DNA of 63,879 nucleotides, the filler included, from Phoronis australis (taxonomy: Eukaryota > Animalia > Phoronida), in assembly GCA_002633005.1 (NCBI GenBank). It is 8 parts of 8 records of this genome, joined end to end, with 100 filler letters (N's around TTAATTAATTAA, not from the genome) between each part and the next. Parts side by side here need not be neighbours in the genome. Positions count along the whole stretch, not along the records: positions 36,102 to 55,547 come from NMRA01001440.1; 7 more parts are not named here. One strand, written 5' to 3'. The stretch's first letter is position 1, and each line of letters starts with the position of its first letter. Made by a program: the position numbers and the translations under genes. The notes under the pieces were generated by a model. It did not search any database. It saw only the letters and a list, made by a program, of their open reading frames with translations, and was not told the origin of the DNA. Below, piece by piece: positions 37,317 through 51,329 of the stretch.

Positions 37317-38296
37317 GTTTAACAGCCGTTTAGGGTGACGTTGGTTGCAAAATCGTTGATATGATGTAATCGAATGAGTAATTACTTTCACTTGCCACAT
37401 TCTACACATAACAAATGAATAGTGATTCAATTCTGGAATGACTGTGCATATAGGGTTGTAGTATAGTACAGCCTGAAGTTATTACAGGCAAGTTTTTATG
37501 TCACTCAACGACAATTCTGGAGGCTGGGACAATGTGAGCCTGCATTGTTTTCCATAGCTGTGCTACTCGTTATATCCCAGAGCAAATGGAAGGACGCAGT
37601 AGAGAAAGGTCGACCAGGCAAGAGCAAATGGCATGTCTAGCTGAACTGATGAATTGTTCTAAAGAAATCTAGTACACGGGCGGATCCACGATTTTGAGTT
37701 AGGGGAGGACAGGGCAAAATATTAGCCAGGATTTTGCCTGGCAGACATTCGCACCCCTGAAGTGACAAATGTCATCTGGGAGAATTTTTTTTTGGGGGGG
37801 GCATGGCCCTCTTGGCCCCTCTCTACATCCGCCACTGATTTGTAATATGTGTGGTATTATAGTATGGGCTCCATCAATCTGTCTATCCATTCATTGTCCA
37901 TTCATCCATTGTCCTTGCATTCGTCATTCATACATCCGTTTGTGATCGACATATGTACCAAGAATAAAAGGTACTATGTGCATCTCAAGCTCATTACTAG
38001 GGATGAAAAGAAGACCGAGGTTGGCAAAATAATGTCTTTTATTATGACAGAATACAAGTACAAAAAATAGGGTTGGGAATGAAATACAATATATAAAAAA
38101 GAATACCCTCAATTATAAAAAGCACAACTTGAGAGGCACAAGAGGGTGCCAAAAGTGAGAGGAATGAGTGGGTGGGTGTAAGTGAAGAGTTTTTGGATAT
38201 CTACGTCTGTATAACTGACATAACGACATTGAACTGAAACGTGAGGATGTGCCATCGTGTGACCTTTGTGTGTCCTTCAGGCGTAAACTACTCTAA

Positions 38297-38809
38297 AGGC
38301 CCTTTCGTACTAAGCTGAGCGTCGATGTAAACTGCGAAGTTAGTTGAACCATTCGTACCAGCTCCGGGAGTTAACGGCATCCAAGTAAATGGTATGTGAT
38401 GCTGCCATCATCAAAGCAATCGCAAGATGGCGCTGATGCATCCCATGGTGTTAAAACTTTTTATTGTGACAATTTGAGAACATTTACGAGTGATAGTTAA
38501 CATAAAACTTATTTCTAATTCGATTGGTGATTATTAAAGCAAAATATTTTTTAGCAAATATTAATAACGACACTACCCTTTAATGAAATTTTAGATGATA
38601 ACAGTGGCTGCTGGCAATAACTTTGATGAGACCGACGTTGACCGTTCATACCGTACTGCAGTGTCAACGCTCTGCTGTTAAATCCACCTGTTTACTGCAA
38701 AGTTAACTGGCACTCATCTGTGAACTTCGATCCAAGACCGAGGTTTACCGTTCATACTGACCACAGCTCCCCAAAACATCGACGCATCGATGTTAGTATG
38801 AAAGGGCCT
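38297..38809. mobile_element. PIF/Harbinger-like MITE
   Basis: Terminal inverted repeats AGGCCCTTTCGTACTAA / TTAGTATGAAAGGGCCT, subterminal GCGTCGATGT / ACATCGACGC, and TAA/AAA flanks. Confidence 0.7.
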
Positions 38810-39139
38810 AAAGACAATTAATAATGATAAACCTGTTAGAGCCAGGAGCTGACCAAACTCATGGAGTGGAATAACATAGAACAATTAGAATAAATGTCAT
38901 GTTGCCTTGCACAAGGGAATTGGTGGACCATTTCGAATTTAGAAAAAAGGGACTGCAAGATAAGATCCATATGATCAAATGAATATGTTTAACAAGTGAA
39001 ATATCATTTATGTTTGACATATGTTCCAATGATAAATGATACGTGCGTCATGACTGCTTACCAGAGATGAAAGAGAGAGCCAGGTTGGCAAAAATATATG
39101 GTCATTTATTACACACAATACAATTAGTTTAAGCATAGG

Positions 39140-39245
39140 GATCCATTGCCCATCCATCTATTGCCCATACATCCATTGCACATCCATCTATTACCCACAC
39201 ACCCATTGCACATTCATCCATCTTCTATCCATCCATCGTACATCT
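39140..39245. repeat. CATC/ATCC-rich simple tandem repeat
   Basis: Repeated CATCCATTGC / CATCCATCTATT units. Confidence 0.7.
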
Positions 39246-40445
39246 GTTGGTCTGGAAATGCAGTTTAATAAGATATATCTGTCCTGGAACCAAGATGGAG
39301 AGATTATTGATTATTCGGATTATAGTTTGGAGTTCAGCAGGAATGTCAGTTGTCCCTGTTTTTATTTTCATTGTTTATCAATAATTTCAAGCAAGTGTGC
39401 CCACATTTTGGTTAACATGAATTCACTTTTATAGGCATATGGTAAATGACCCGCACCACTACAGCTCACCCAGGGGTCATTTTGGTCTCAACAAGGGGCT
39501 TTTTCAGTGTTTTTGGATGGAAGAGTGTTATCTGCATGATAACTAAGAACCCTTCTTCTTTCAGCTATCCCATGTTCGTATCTCTCAACCATCCTATCTT
39601 CATATCTCTCAGCCTGTCTGTGTTTTTTTGAAGCCCTGTGCCAAGTGCTAGTTAAATTTCAGGACATCCAAGATCTGCTTCTATATACCAAGGCTGATTC
39701 ACTCTGAATAACTGTTTAACAAACATAAAAATCAATAGCAGAGACAAGCTTTGTGGACTTAGCTTTGGTTGTTGTAAGCAGCTGCTTTAAATAAACTGAT
39801 ATGGAGTATTCATCAATAATACAGTCAATTCCGTGAGTTTTCTATGCCAGCTCATCTTTCGTCGGGATTTGTTGTTTATATTAAATGAATTATTGGTGAA
39901 TAATTTTGTCTGCATAGAGGCATCCCAAGCAGCTGAAATATTTTTTGAAAATGCATTGTATTCTGCTCTTGCAGCCATTCTCAAAAAATGACTGTAGGTG
40001 GCGCTAGGTGATCTGTGAACTCTGCATCTTCATACTTTGTTTTTCTTGACATAGTGGTTAAGTCGCCCCATTTTCGGACGGCTCGCCTTTTTGGGACAAA
40101 AATAAGTATTTCCAAAATTAGTTGTCCATGGTCCACGAAAAGTGTCCAAGGTCCAGAACTGTTTTCTTGAAACGATTTAGCTCAGGAAAGGCAAATTTTG
40201 GAGGTCGGCCAAGTTTGAACACCACAAAAATCTTGTCCCGCAAGATTCGTCCCAGAATGAATTTGTTCTACAATTGGAGTTAATTTTGAGTGTCTGAAAA
40301 TGGCTTGACTTTACTGTACCAATATGTGGCAGTAATAAATAAGCTGTCACAGTCCTGTAATTGGCTTTCATTATGGATCACGACTAAGTTTTCTTATTCA
40401 AGCTGTGCTTTGATTTCATTGTTGCTTGATTCTTGTTTGATCTAG

Positions 40446-40561
40446 GTGAAATACAGTCTAAGGGGGTGTTGGGTCCCTATGCTAAAGAGGTCTATGGTAC
40501 TATGCTGAAGAGACTGGCACAAGAAGGCATTATTGCCTCTGAACATACAGTGGATAAATAG
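40446..40561 (+). CDS. AASS: Terminal exon of alpha-aminoadipic semialdehyde synthase (LKR/SDH; saccharopine dehydrogenase C-terminus)
   Basis: After a U-rich acceptor (TGTTTGATCTAG) it reads (G)EIQSKGVLGPYAKEVYGTMLKRLAQEGIIASEHTVDK*, matching the metazoan AASS C-terminus pattern GEI..KG..GP..KEIY.P.L.R...EGI. A UTR-like tract follows, with AATAAA at 42038 and 42049. Confidence 0.85.
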
Positions 40562-43500
40562 ATCAGTGACCATCAACCTAGACAATGGTTTGTAGGAAAT
40601 ATTCCTATTTTGGAGGCATTTTGGTGCAATGTGGCACATTTCACTTAGATATTTTGAACTTTTTAATCGATTTCTATAAAAATGATATTAATAATTCCTC
40701 AAATCTCTTGCTTTTTAATGTTCAACACTAGTCACAACCTGAGTTTGTAACAGTTTGCCGTGTGACTTGATCAGGTGCTCAGTCTAATGAAACAGCGATT
40801 CAGTTTATCAGTGTTTGCAATGTATGACTTGATCATAGCACAACACAGTATTTTTATTATTTTGTAATATAAATTTTGTTTCTATAGAAATTGTTTTAAA
40901 GGTTCAAGTTAACCTAAAATGACCCAAAATGCCTTTAAATTATTACTACCGTGGTAAAAAGACGGTAAATAACAAAGTGTGGTTGTCTAAATGGGTTCTT
41001 GTAAATTGTGTTATTGTTCAGAAGTGGGGTCCTGTTCAAAGGTGGTGTTATGCCCAAGTGTTGCATTTCGAGTACCATGACTGCTCTTTGGATGCCCCTG
41101 TGTAGGATTATATTGTCAACTGTCAACTTTTGTTTCCTTGAAAAGTGGTTGCGCAAGTATGTCAAAGTTCACACTTTTGGAAGAGAGAATCAATGCCAAT
41201 ACACATTGAATCGTATTAATTAAATATGAAACCTCGTCAAAATTATCTGTTTTCACCTATAAAAAGTTACAAGTTTGGAGGACACAAGAAAATCAATAGT
41301 AAAGCATTAGAGAATTAGCTGACTAGAATGTTAGTGACAACCCTGTTCATGTGGCTTCTGTCTATCAATAGGTAGACACATTCATATTTCATAAATTATG
41401 TGACTGGAGTCAGTCTTCTGTACCAACGTTAACACAGGATTGCAGTAGTTTGCATGGCTGCTTATATGGATGAACATGCAAAGTTTAAATGCTCACGGCA
41501 GTTTGTAGTGAACTGTAATATTCCTATATTGAACAAAATCTCGTTGGACAGGACATTTTATAACTCATTTACATTATTTTGTTAACCTAAGACTTATTAT
41601 AGTGCATTGTATACTCATCTCATTGTTGACAAGCTGATGTTGACTAATTATATTATCTCAGATTTAGGGAATGCTTTTGCTCACTAAGGTTTTTAGACTG
41701 GCATTGTTAAGGTTTTTATTATTTGTGCGGTAATATATTTTATGTGGCAGCATCTGTGAATTAATTGATGATTCACATACTTATTTGATATTTTCTCAAT
41801 TTCAATGTATTTCTGTTGATGAACAAAAGTCTATTTTATTATTCAGATATTGAAAGCCTGTTCGAATTTTGCATGAATTCTCTTGACAGTGTCGTATCTG
41901 TCTGTGTATTCTAGATGAACAATGTCATATCTGTTGTATTCTAGATGAACAAACGTTTGCAGTGTAGTGTGCCTGAGAGGGGCTATAAACCCGTGTTCTG
42001 TCGAAGAAAATAAGTTTTAATTCAGACCACTTATCACAATAAAATTAGAATAAACTTGTTCTTTACTCAGATTTATGGATTTGCAAAGAATTGAGAGTTC
42101 ATTATTCAGTGAGACATTGTTGGGTGAGACCATATTGCATGAAAATACCGGTCTTGGTGACCACTGAATTTGTAAAGTGGCCTCAAGCATCCACCAACTG
42201 TGAGATCTGTCCAATCCCAGAGGTCACACCTATTTTGACTAAGGAGAACATTTGGACCAAAAAGTGGCAAATATCATTTTTTGACAGAATGCAGCTTTAT
42301 AGCTGTTTTAACCTGTTATTCAACTGTCGTTATTCAGCTGTCATTATTCTCCATGTCACAGTTAGTAGATTTGTTATCCTTGTTTTTTGAATGTTTACAT
42401 AGGAATCAATTTGTTGTTTCGAAGTTATTAAGTGGCAGCTATTTGTGACTGGTGACTTTTTAAAGTATATAATGAAGTAGGTGTTTTACAACATTGCTGT
42501 GAGGTTTTAAACATTGTTTGCCACATAAGGATGTGAAGAAAATTTATTTACTTTTTGTTTTTAAGGAAACTTTAAAGTTTACATGCCCGTATTTGTATTA
42601 GAAAATGCCCAGTATGGTATTTCTTGAAATGGATAGGCCTGTGCTGATAAGCCATAGTTGTGTGTGCCCACATGCAATAGTTTTCAAAAAGGAACTCACA
42701 ACAAAAATCTCATCAAACTTTTCTGGTTTCGTCAAAATTGTCGTAAAATTATACCAGGAAGCAAGCAAAAAGTAATTGAAAACATTAGAAAGCAGTCCCA
42801 TGTCTTTGCTTTCCATTTTGCCGATTTCACAGCTGTGGTGCATGGGTAATGTTTGGAAACTATTGACCATGTCTGTGAGTCGCGTTCAGTGACGCTAGCA
42901 CCTTGTAAGAAAAGCAAGATCTCGCGAGATGTCACCCTGTATTTTCGATAAGAACATTTTGGCTAGATATTTCCCCGCGAGGTGACACCCTGGCTCACTC
43001 TTCCCGGTTGCTGCTGCGTCAAAATCCATGTAACAGAACAATGATATGACCTCTTCCTTCTTAATACGTGTTAGTCGTGGTGCGTCAAGTCGCATACGAA
43101 TCGCATAAGGCGATTGCGCGATGCGAATTAGTTAATGAAAACTGTTAAAACAGTAGAAATTTAAAATGCACATCATTGGAGAGCGAACAGTTTTACCTTC
43201 TCGGCAAACGGTCGTTTTATTTTCAAATGAAACAATGTGTCTATTATGCCCATCAGGGGGTTGAGGATATCATATGAAGATTTCAAAAACAGTATTATGA
43301 ACAAGATTTAGATGTTTCTTAGGGGTGTGGTGTGGTTAGGAATCTCACGAAAAAAATTGGAGTGAATACGTCGTGTTATGTATTAGAAGTGAAAACAAAT
43401 GTCAGGAAACCTGCAACCCGTGTTGATTCTTGGAGTGTTTAACAGTATCTGAGACGTAGAAGAAGTGATCAGTTTGTGGCCTTCACCGAGTGGACCGGCA

Positions 43501-44204
43501 AATGACGGGTTTCATTCAGCATTGGTCACTTAATAAGAATTTGAAAAAAATCGTACTCCGCCAAAGCGGAAGTCACGAGACAGACAACGGGGATGTGTTT
43601 CACCAAACGTTTTACCAATATCTGACCATTGGCCGTAACAGCAGGGAGTAACATGACTAAAGCTGTTCGGGACCTCTAGATTTGCCGTTACCTCTCTGCA
43701 TTGCAATGCCACAAAATGCTTAGGAAACGATTACATCTCAAAACCAACTCCAAACGAAGCAATGCATCCCCCAGACTGCGAAAGGCACGTGCCAGTCAAA
43801 TGTACTGGTGTAATGTTTTCGGTGGTATCACTGGTACGTATATCGGCCTAAGTTTGAGACATATGCTTATATTTGGACTTGGTATCTCTATGAATCTCCA
43901 GAAATGTTGCATTCATAGAGCGATATGAAAATTTATTAAAAGGCAACTCACAACCGATCAAGTTACCAGCAGAATCTTCTTAAGTCTTAGACATATCTGA
44001 CACCCTTGTCATCCCATTGTTTAATAAATATTGGTTTGTGAGCAATTTTGTTTAATGGATTACATCACAATGATGGTACAGAAGTTTAGAATCGCGATCT
44101 GAGAAAACCTCGACGTAAACTTTCTCACAAAATTCATTTTTGATTTTAGAGGTTACATTGTACCGATAATATATGTATATGTACGTTATATACATACACA
44201 GATA

Positions 44205-44260
44205 TATACACATTCAGACACAAACACGCACGCACGCACGCACACATGTACACACACACA
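44205..44260. repeat. (CA)n/(CACG)n microsatellite
   Basis: CACAAACACGCACGCACGCACGCACACATGTACACACACACA. Confidence 0.8.
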
Positions 44261-47200
44261 TGACCTTGGTGCTTCAGAAATTGTCTTAAAGTATCGAGCC
44301 AAAATAGATTTGATGTTGTTATCCCATACGCGTTGAGTAAGTTGAGTGGAATGGGGTATTGTTTTCCGTTTTACACTCCCAGGACTACTTTAGTAATAAG
44401 TGTGACAGAAAGTTCAAAAGGTCGGTCAATGTCGACGTCGTTAGCCGGTGTAGCATTAAATAATGACCCAGTGAGAAAATGAACAATGGGTCAATTTTTC
44501 ACTATTAAAAAGTGACCTCGGTTCACTTTTAATAATAAAAAATGGCTGGTAGCTTTTTGTTTTGCTCTTGAATATTTTTATTAGATAACCAAGTAAGTGA
44601 TTACATAACAAAAACAAGCCCTTACATACCTGTACCACCGTTTGTACGTAGCACAGCTAGAGCTGAGTAAGTCACATTCATACTTTTCACGCACGCACAC
44701 ATACGAAACCTGCTTACATTGTATACTAAATACTGTGGTAGAATATGGTTGTAAAAAGATTTGCCATTCGTTTTCAAAATGTTCTAAGCTTCCATTTTCG
44801 TGCAAATATACTTAAACTTTTTCAGATAATAAGCCAATTCAATTTTGAAGACTGTGATGGAAGGTACCTGGCTCCGCAATCGGCAGGAGAAGATGTGTCT
44901 TTCCTAAACATAAAACATTAAGTGACTTGCTCCTCTAAATCCAAATACCCGGTATAACAGTGAAAGCATCGAAATGTTTGTTTACAGAGTTGTTTACGGA
45001 TGATAGAATCTCCGATATTTTTGCCAGAAAGTTTTCACGAAAGAACAGTCAAAGAACAAATGAACAATTTCCTGACTTCGCATGACAGGAGCTACATAGA
45101 TCGGAATAACTAGCACCTATTTGTAACAACAGTGTGTTTGAGCCTATTATTCTATAGACAATTCTCATCTACAGCCGCTTTAGACGTACATGTATATCAT
45201 TGACTGGACTAAAGTCAAGCGTTACGTAAAATATCTTGCCACTGAAGTTCGGACTTTTCAATTACAAATTCAGCTTCCCATTTGATAAAAATTTTAGCCT
45301 TTTGTACAAATTTTCCAAAAAGTCTTGTAAGAAGCCCGAGTTCCCTTCTTATCACGTGTCATATTTTGTAGCACCAGTGGAAATAGTGGAAATATTGCTT
45401 GATAGTTGTTCATCTTTTTACGTTTACAGTAAGTAATTGTCAAATACTTTCCCGTCAGCTGTAAAAGATTAAGAAAGAAGACTTGAAGTTGAATTTTATG
45501 GAGAATTGAGTGTCCATTCTTATTAAATAAATCGCAAACAAATCTTACGCCTTATTCATTCCAGAATCGAATATAAACAGGTTCATGATCAATCAAGATA
45601 TTTTAAAAAAGTAAACCATAAAGGTTGATAAATTTAAAAACCTCCTGGCGTATTTGAAAGCGATAAATAATAAAATTCATATAATGAATTGAACACATCT
45701 GCCCAAAAATTTTTACATGTACCTGCTAAATGCTTGAAATAAGCATCTCCCATCTGACTGAAGTGTGCTTTGTTTTCCAAATAGTGTCCAAGCTGAACCA
45801 GAATTCTGTAAAGCTTTCCTTATCCACGAAATGACTTTATGAAAGATTCAATGTGTACCATGTTTGCGCCCCCTCTGGAGAAATTTTGATACATGAGATT
45901 TTGGGATTTTTTTTCATTTTTACATCCCCTAATATATTTGTAAAACGCAGGTAGGTCAATGTCGACTCGACGTTGTTAATATTAAAAAATGACCCAGGTC
46001 GCTTTTTAATGGAAGGGTCTAAATTTAATGTGAACTACTGTGAAAAATGACCCCATGGGATCGCTTTTTCTCGTATAAATAAATGACAGGTCTTCAAGGT
46101 TAAAGGCAAAGAACACACAATTCCTTTCCTGTGCATCGCTCGGGATTGCCAGCGTACAAACTAACATTCTTCTCTCACGCAGGCCATTCCTCTCTAATGG
46201 ATAAGAAGTACCCCCGATTTATCATCAGGCACTTTTCGGCGTTTTGTAGTATTGCTACACCGTATAGTTATTTGCTCGCAAAGAGCTACGCTTCCACACA
46301 TTATTTCAAACCACCTCGTTCCCTCCCGTTAATTCCTTTAATATTATAATCTGATGTATTGCGCGCCGCTCATTCGAGAGATTCAAAATTATCTCACGCA
46401 CACTTGACCCTCTCGCGGATTCAAATTTCCCAGATTCAACCAAGAAACTATTCTACCGCAACCAATTCCATTCACGTTATATTGAAGATGAACTGAGTTT
46501 TAAAACTGATCATCCATAATAATGTTAAGACCGTTAGCAATTTGAATTTAGGGGCCATCAAGTGCTAAATATACGTTATATAACGTAGGTGATGTAGTCG
46601 AAAGTTACTGTTTTACGTAAGACGGGCTTATAGCAATATAAAAACTCACTACGACATTTGACTTTTCATTTGTTTTCATTTTACGCATAGGCGGATTTAG
46701 GGGGTGGCCCATGCCCCCCCCCCCTTGGCTGCCGCAAAAAAATAAAACAGCAAGAGCGTAGGGAAATGTTGAGTTTATTAATTAACCCCGGTATTCAACA
46801 TTATACTGCTGAAACAAGATTTGAATGTGTGCAGCTTTAGTTTGGGGAGGAGGGNAACATAAAATCAGCAACACATACAATGCCATGCATCTATTTTGAA
46901 CAGGACACAGTATGTTTCGGAAGTTCCATAATTCACAACATGAACAAGTTTTCCCACAATTTCAGAACAGACTACCAAAATTTCATTTCTACAATTTAGT
47001 CAGTTTCCAAGCATGTCATGCAAAAACAACTTTGTGATTATTTTATATGGTCAAAAATTAGTACACCATGCATGTTGTTAGGTAACAAATTCTAAAAGGA
47101 TTTCTAACTAAGCTTCTAGTATTTTATTATGAAAGGCAAACGTAAAATGGACGTTAGTGTGACCAAAGTGATAGCTATTGTTTCACTCCTTTTACTTTTG

Positions 47201-48320
47201 ACAGTCATATGATAACAAGAGCTTGTAACCAATCACCATAACACACAACAACTCTGTCGTGATTCAAGAATCCGTGTTCAGTCATTGGTATATCTTGAGA
47301 TCACATGACTTGCATTCCATATGTCACAGAACAGAAGTTATTACCCCCAAAACCATCATTACAGTCGGCTCATTAAACAGGGACAATAAGTCAATGGTTG
47401 CAAGCAGTTTATACCGTTTAATGATTGTGACAAAAAATCTACCATGCGGCACAGCAAACTATAAGATAAGCCCCAAAATAGACAATTTGTTATACTCTAA
47501 CAAGAATCAACCCAATGAGTGGTAAAACGTCGAGGCGAAAAAATAGCAAGTAAAACCATTTGTGGAACAAATGCTCATGGTAAAAGACCTCTAAAACAGC
47601 ATTGGCTATTAGAGGCACCCATTATGATTTCAGGAACAATTCTAAATTTTTAATTGTTTGTCATGCAAAATCAATATCGGCGTGGATGGAATGCGTGAGA
47701 GAGGCCAGCATGCAAGCATACTTCTGAGCATGCACTAACTGCCAATACCTCGACAAAATACGATTTCCTTTTCCCACACTAATGGAAGAGAAAAGTAACC
47801 GAAGCGGTAGTCAGAGTAAATGTAAAGAGCAGAAGCCTCTGGCTCCATCCTGTCTAGAGGTTCTACCTAACACAATCATCAATAGTAAAGTATTGGGCAG
47901 CCCAAGCTGGTCGTAAAGATGAAGATGCTACCAAAGTGCTGCAGTTTGAGCCAACAGCCACATGGATTCTATATAACAGCTTGTAGGCAAGCAAGTGATT
48001 AAGTTACTAGATTTATGAAATGACTTAACACTATCCGTATTCAAATGGATTAATGCTCAACTTTTCAACAATTTCAACACACCCTCTGCTTCTCAGTTTA
48101 AACACCCGTGGCATTAACCAGGACAGATACATTAATTGCATTCATAAATTTTAAATAACAAATCTGTGCAAGGTTATGTTCACAAAAGCCGGTCTTAGAT
48201 AAGCAATCCCTTCCCTTCCTTGCACCAGATCTCCGGTACATTTATTTAGTGACATCAACACCTGCAAGTAGAAAATATTCCTTATCGATTGCATGAACAT
48301 AATACGTGGATAAACATTAC

Positions 48321-48524
48321 ATTGTTCATATACTCTGTCAGCAAGTCCTGAAGAGCTTGTCTGACAGCGTTGCACTCCTGAACGATGCGTTCCCGACGCT
48401 CATTACGCGTACACGACGAGTCGGCCATCAGAGCGGCGCCACTGATGATACTCTCCAGCCTCTCTTCCAGCGATGGACGGGCGCGACCATCATTGTACTG
48501 GCTCGGGTCCATGATGATCTTGTC
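48321..48524 (-). CDS. CTNNA: Alpha-catenin coding exon 6 (last one visible)
   Basis: DKIIMDPSQYNDGRARPSLEERLESIISGAALMADSSCTRNERRERIVQECNAVRQALQDLLTEYMNN; AG/GT boundaries, 204 nt. Confidence 0.96.
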
Positions 48525-48835
48525 CTATAGCAAAATAAGTTTAATTGTAATGTTAGATTAAAGCAGGTTAAGAGTACAAGTGCAATCTACATACCGGTGA
48601 TATACCAGCATTTCATGATAATCACAGTGATGATTTTGAACTAAGACGATGCATATATCGGCTTCTTCGAACCCTGTGGATAGCCAACATTTCAGTATAA
48701 ATTGCGAGCTTTTCCCAGCCAAGTTAAAGATTCAATTGCGTCCAGATTTTTTCCAGTTGTATAAAAACTATAAGTTTGTGGGTCATTAAAACTCTACTTT
48801 CCCAAGAAACAAAACAAAACAAAACAATGTCTTAC

Positions 48836-49009
48836 ATCAAACTCATCCAGAGCAGCAGCCAGTTCACCAGCACCCTCAAAGGGGTGTGGCTCAGATGGCC
48901 CGCCCGCTTGGGCCACATCTCCTATAGTGTGCACAGCATCACACACTTCTTTGTAGATGAAGTCACGGTTTGCCTTGGCAGCAGCCAACTCAGGGTGACG
49001 CACGTAAGC
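48836..49009 (-). CDS. CTNNA: Alpha-catenin coding exon 5
   Basis: AYVRHPELAAAKANRDFIYKEVCDAVHTIGDVAQ...GAGELAAALDEFD; 174 nt, AG/GT. Confidence 0.95.
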
Positions 49010-49473
49010 CTAAAATGAAGGTAACGAGGAAAATGGATATTGCATTTTGTTTAAAAAATGCATCAGTTTGAGATGTTTTCCAAAATTCTCATAACATGGC
49101 AGCCATATCATTGGCAAAAAATCAATCCAAAAGCCGCCGAAATGTTTCATCTGGACGTCTGCAAGATTTAACTACTCAGACCTTGAACCACATTCAAAGG
49201 TTTACCTTAAAATCGGAAAATGTTTTCGAGTCAACACCAAGACATTCGAAAACATGGGGTGTTACGATATTTTGTCAAGATGGGCAAAATACTTTTGGAT
49301 ACATATCATGTCAAGCACGTGCAAATTGAACATTCAGCATCAGGTCAGAAATCAAATTAAAGGATCCAGTGGCGGATTTAGAGGGGGNAAAATCCTGGTT
49401 AATAATCTGCCCTGGCCCCCCTAACTAAAAATCCTGGATCCGCCCCTGCAACCCCCACCCCAAACAACAGTAC

Positions 49474-49683
49474 CTTGGATGTAGTCAGCAGCATCATACT
49501 GTTTTTCTTCAGAGTGGCCCTTGCAGCAGCGATGTCATCTCTGCGGCGAGGATCCTTTAAGTCCATTTGTCTTCGGCCTGCCTTGTCCGACAGGTCCACA
49601 ACGCTGTGTCCAAAGTCCTTGAAGCTGTTCATCAGCTCCTGTTGGCTGGCAGCATTACGTATTTTGTCCAGATCTTCCTCAAC
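49474..49683 (-). CDS. CTNNA: Alpha-catenin coding exon 4
   Basis: VEEDLDKIRNAASQQELMNSFKDFG...RRQMDLKDPRRRDDIAAARATLKKNSMMLLTTSK; 210 nt, AG/GT. Confidence 0.95.
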
Positions 49684-50608
49684 CTAAACGCCCAACAAGA
49701 GTTCAAGGTAAGTCTTGACTATTAATTCTTCTGATTACTTTTATGGAACTGAAAATTCTTTGCTAAAACAAGGCATTCCCTGTATGAAACGAGAACAGCA
49801 ACTACTCCATCATGAAACAAACTTCACAGCTAAAGCAATAACGTGTGTTTTAACACTTTTGTTGCAACAATACTAAAAAGGTCAGAATTGGAGTATAAGA
49901 TCAATAATGAAAAGGTCAAGAAGAACTGTCCAATTCATCCAGTACTCATGGTAGTTTACCGCACTTCACCAATAGCTTTATAGATATTATTTTCAGCGTC
50001 TCTCAAATATAGAAAAACGGTGCCAAATTGAAGTGACGCACACGGGTTTTGGTACTGGAAGCGCACTTTTGGGATCATAGTTAGATGGGAAAGACTTCTT
50101 GAAATTATTAACATGACCAGAGGCATAAAACAACAAAATCCCTTGTGTTTTTGTGACTTTGTTACAATTTGCGAATTCTCATCATAGGATGCCAATCATG
50201 CACTGAAATCAGGCCCGTGACTTCATTTTAATACGCCTAAAATACTGTGTCATTGAAATGAGTGGAGTTAAGCTCTGCTAGTAAAGTGTGGTTCGGTAAC
50301 CACCGAGGTCATCAGACTGAATCCATCTTGGGGCTGATCTCAAAAAAATTTTTTCTTGCCAAATGTAATACTTTAAAGACCTGTTACAGAGAAGTAAGTA
50401 TTTAACTAAGACGAACACATCCAGCATTGCTTCAAACTTTTCCTAATCAGAATGAAGAAAGGAAAAAACAACAAATAAAGTAACAATTTTTAAATGAATA
50501 GTTAGTAATTAATATATTTTAGAGTCGCTCTACTGGTATTGTTGATGAGTGTATCCCAAAACTGACATAAAGAAACAGGAACTTAACATAATTATTTAAA
50601 TTTCTTAC

Positions 50609-50775
50609 CAGCCTGAGAGACTGCAACAGTAGATAAATGTCTACCAGATCGGCCAAGATGAGTAGGCGGGTGACTGCAGACAAGAGCGCGCGTGCAGCTC
50701 GCACCATTGTCGCACGCTTGGCTGAGGAACACGGGTCATCAGCAAACTCACTGGATGCAACCCTCATTGTTTCAC
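50609..50775 (-). CDS. CTNNA: Alpha-catenin coding exon 3
   Basis: (G)ETMRVASSEFADDPCSSAKRATMVRAARALLSAVTRLLILADLVDIYLLLQSLRL; 167 nt, phase consistent with exon 2. Confidence 0.96.
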
Positions 50776-51139
50776 CTGCAGGCAAAACCCGGAAGTGTGG
50801 GTCAAATAAACTAGATAAAACATTATTGCAACAGAAAAGTGCATAATTACCGTCAATGTGCCAAATATTCAGACTACTCCGTAGGAAATTTGTGTTTATT
50901 AGACAGGAAACTACCCAGAGATCTATCTTTTTCAGCAACACGGCACAAATTAAATGTGCCCCGTGGACTCTTAAGCCCATTGCACAGCTGACTGGGTCTC
51001 ACTTCGCTCAACATATTTCATTTAAGGAAGAATGCTAGACAATGTGAGACAAGAGTACGCATACACTACATCAGTCCATGCAAGAAATTGTCCCAACTCT
51101 TAAATGTGAACAAATTTGTGACAACAATAATGACCTTAC

Positions 51140-51329
51140 CTGTTGACTTAACATCGTCAACAGCAGCCAACATTTCATTTCTGATCTCAGGATTCTCCTG
51201 CGCAATTTCCTCTCCCTTCTCAATGAAGTTGTGTGTAGCCTTCTGTACAGCCGCACTGAGCACGTGTGCTTTCTTAGAACGACCCTTCTTCTTATTAGAT
51301 GGGCCCTTCTGATTGACCAAAGTGGTCAC
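51140..51329 (-). CDS. CTNNA: Alpha-catenin coding exon 2
   Basis: VTTLVNQKGPSNKKKGRSKKAHVLSAAVQKATHNFIEKGEEIAQENP...; 190 nt, AG/GT. Confidence 0.96.

Noticed and set aside
39490-39620. Minus-strand QAERYED, reminiscent of 14-3-3
   Set aside because: Similarity does not extend beyond 7 residues.
43390-43930. Possible Tc1/mariner transposase remnant (MLRKRLHLK, WCNVFGGI)
   Set aside because: The motifs are too short and fragmented to support a call without a search.
47735-47866. In-frame alternative terminal exon for alpha-catenin (VEPLDRMEPE...)
   Set aside because: Weak acceptor with no pyrimidine tract and no recognisable homology; it needs transcript data.
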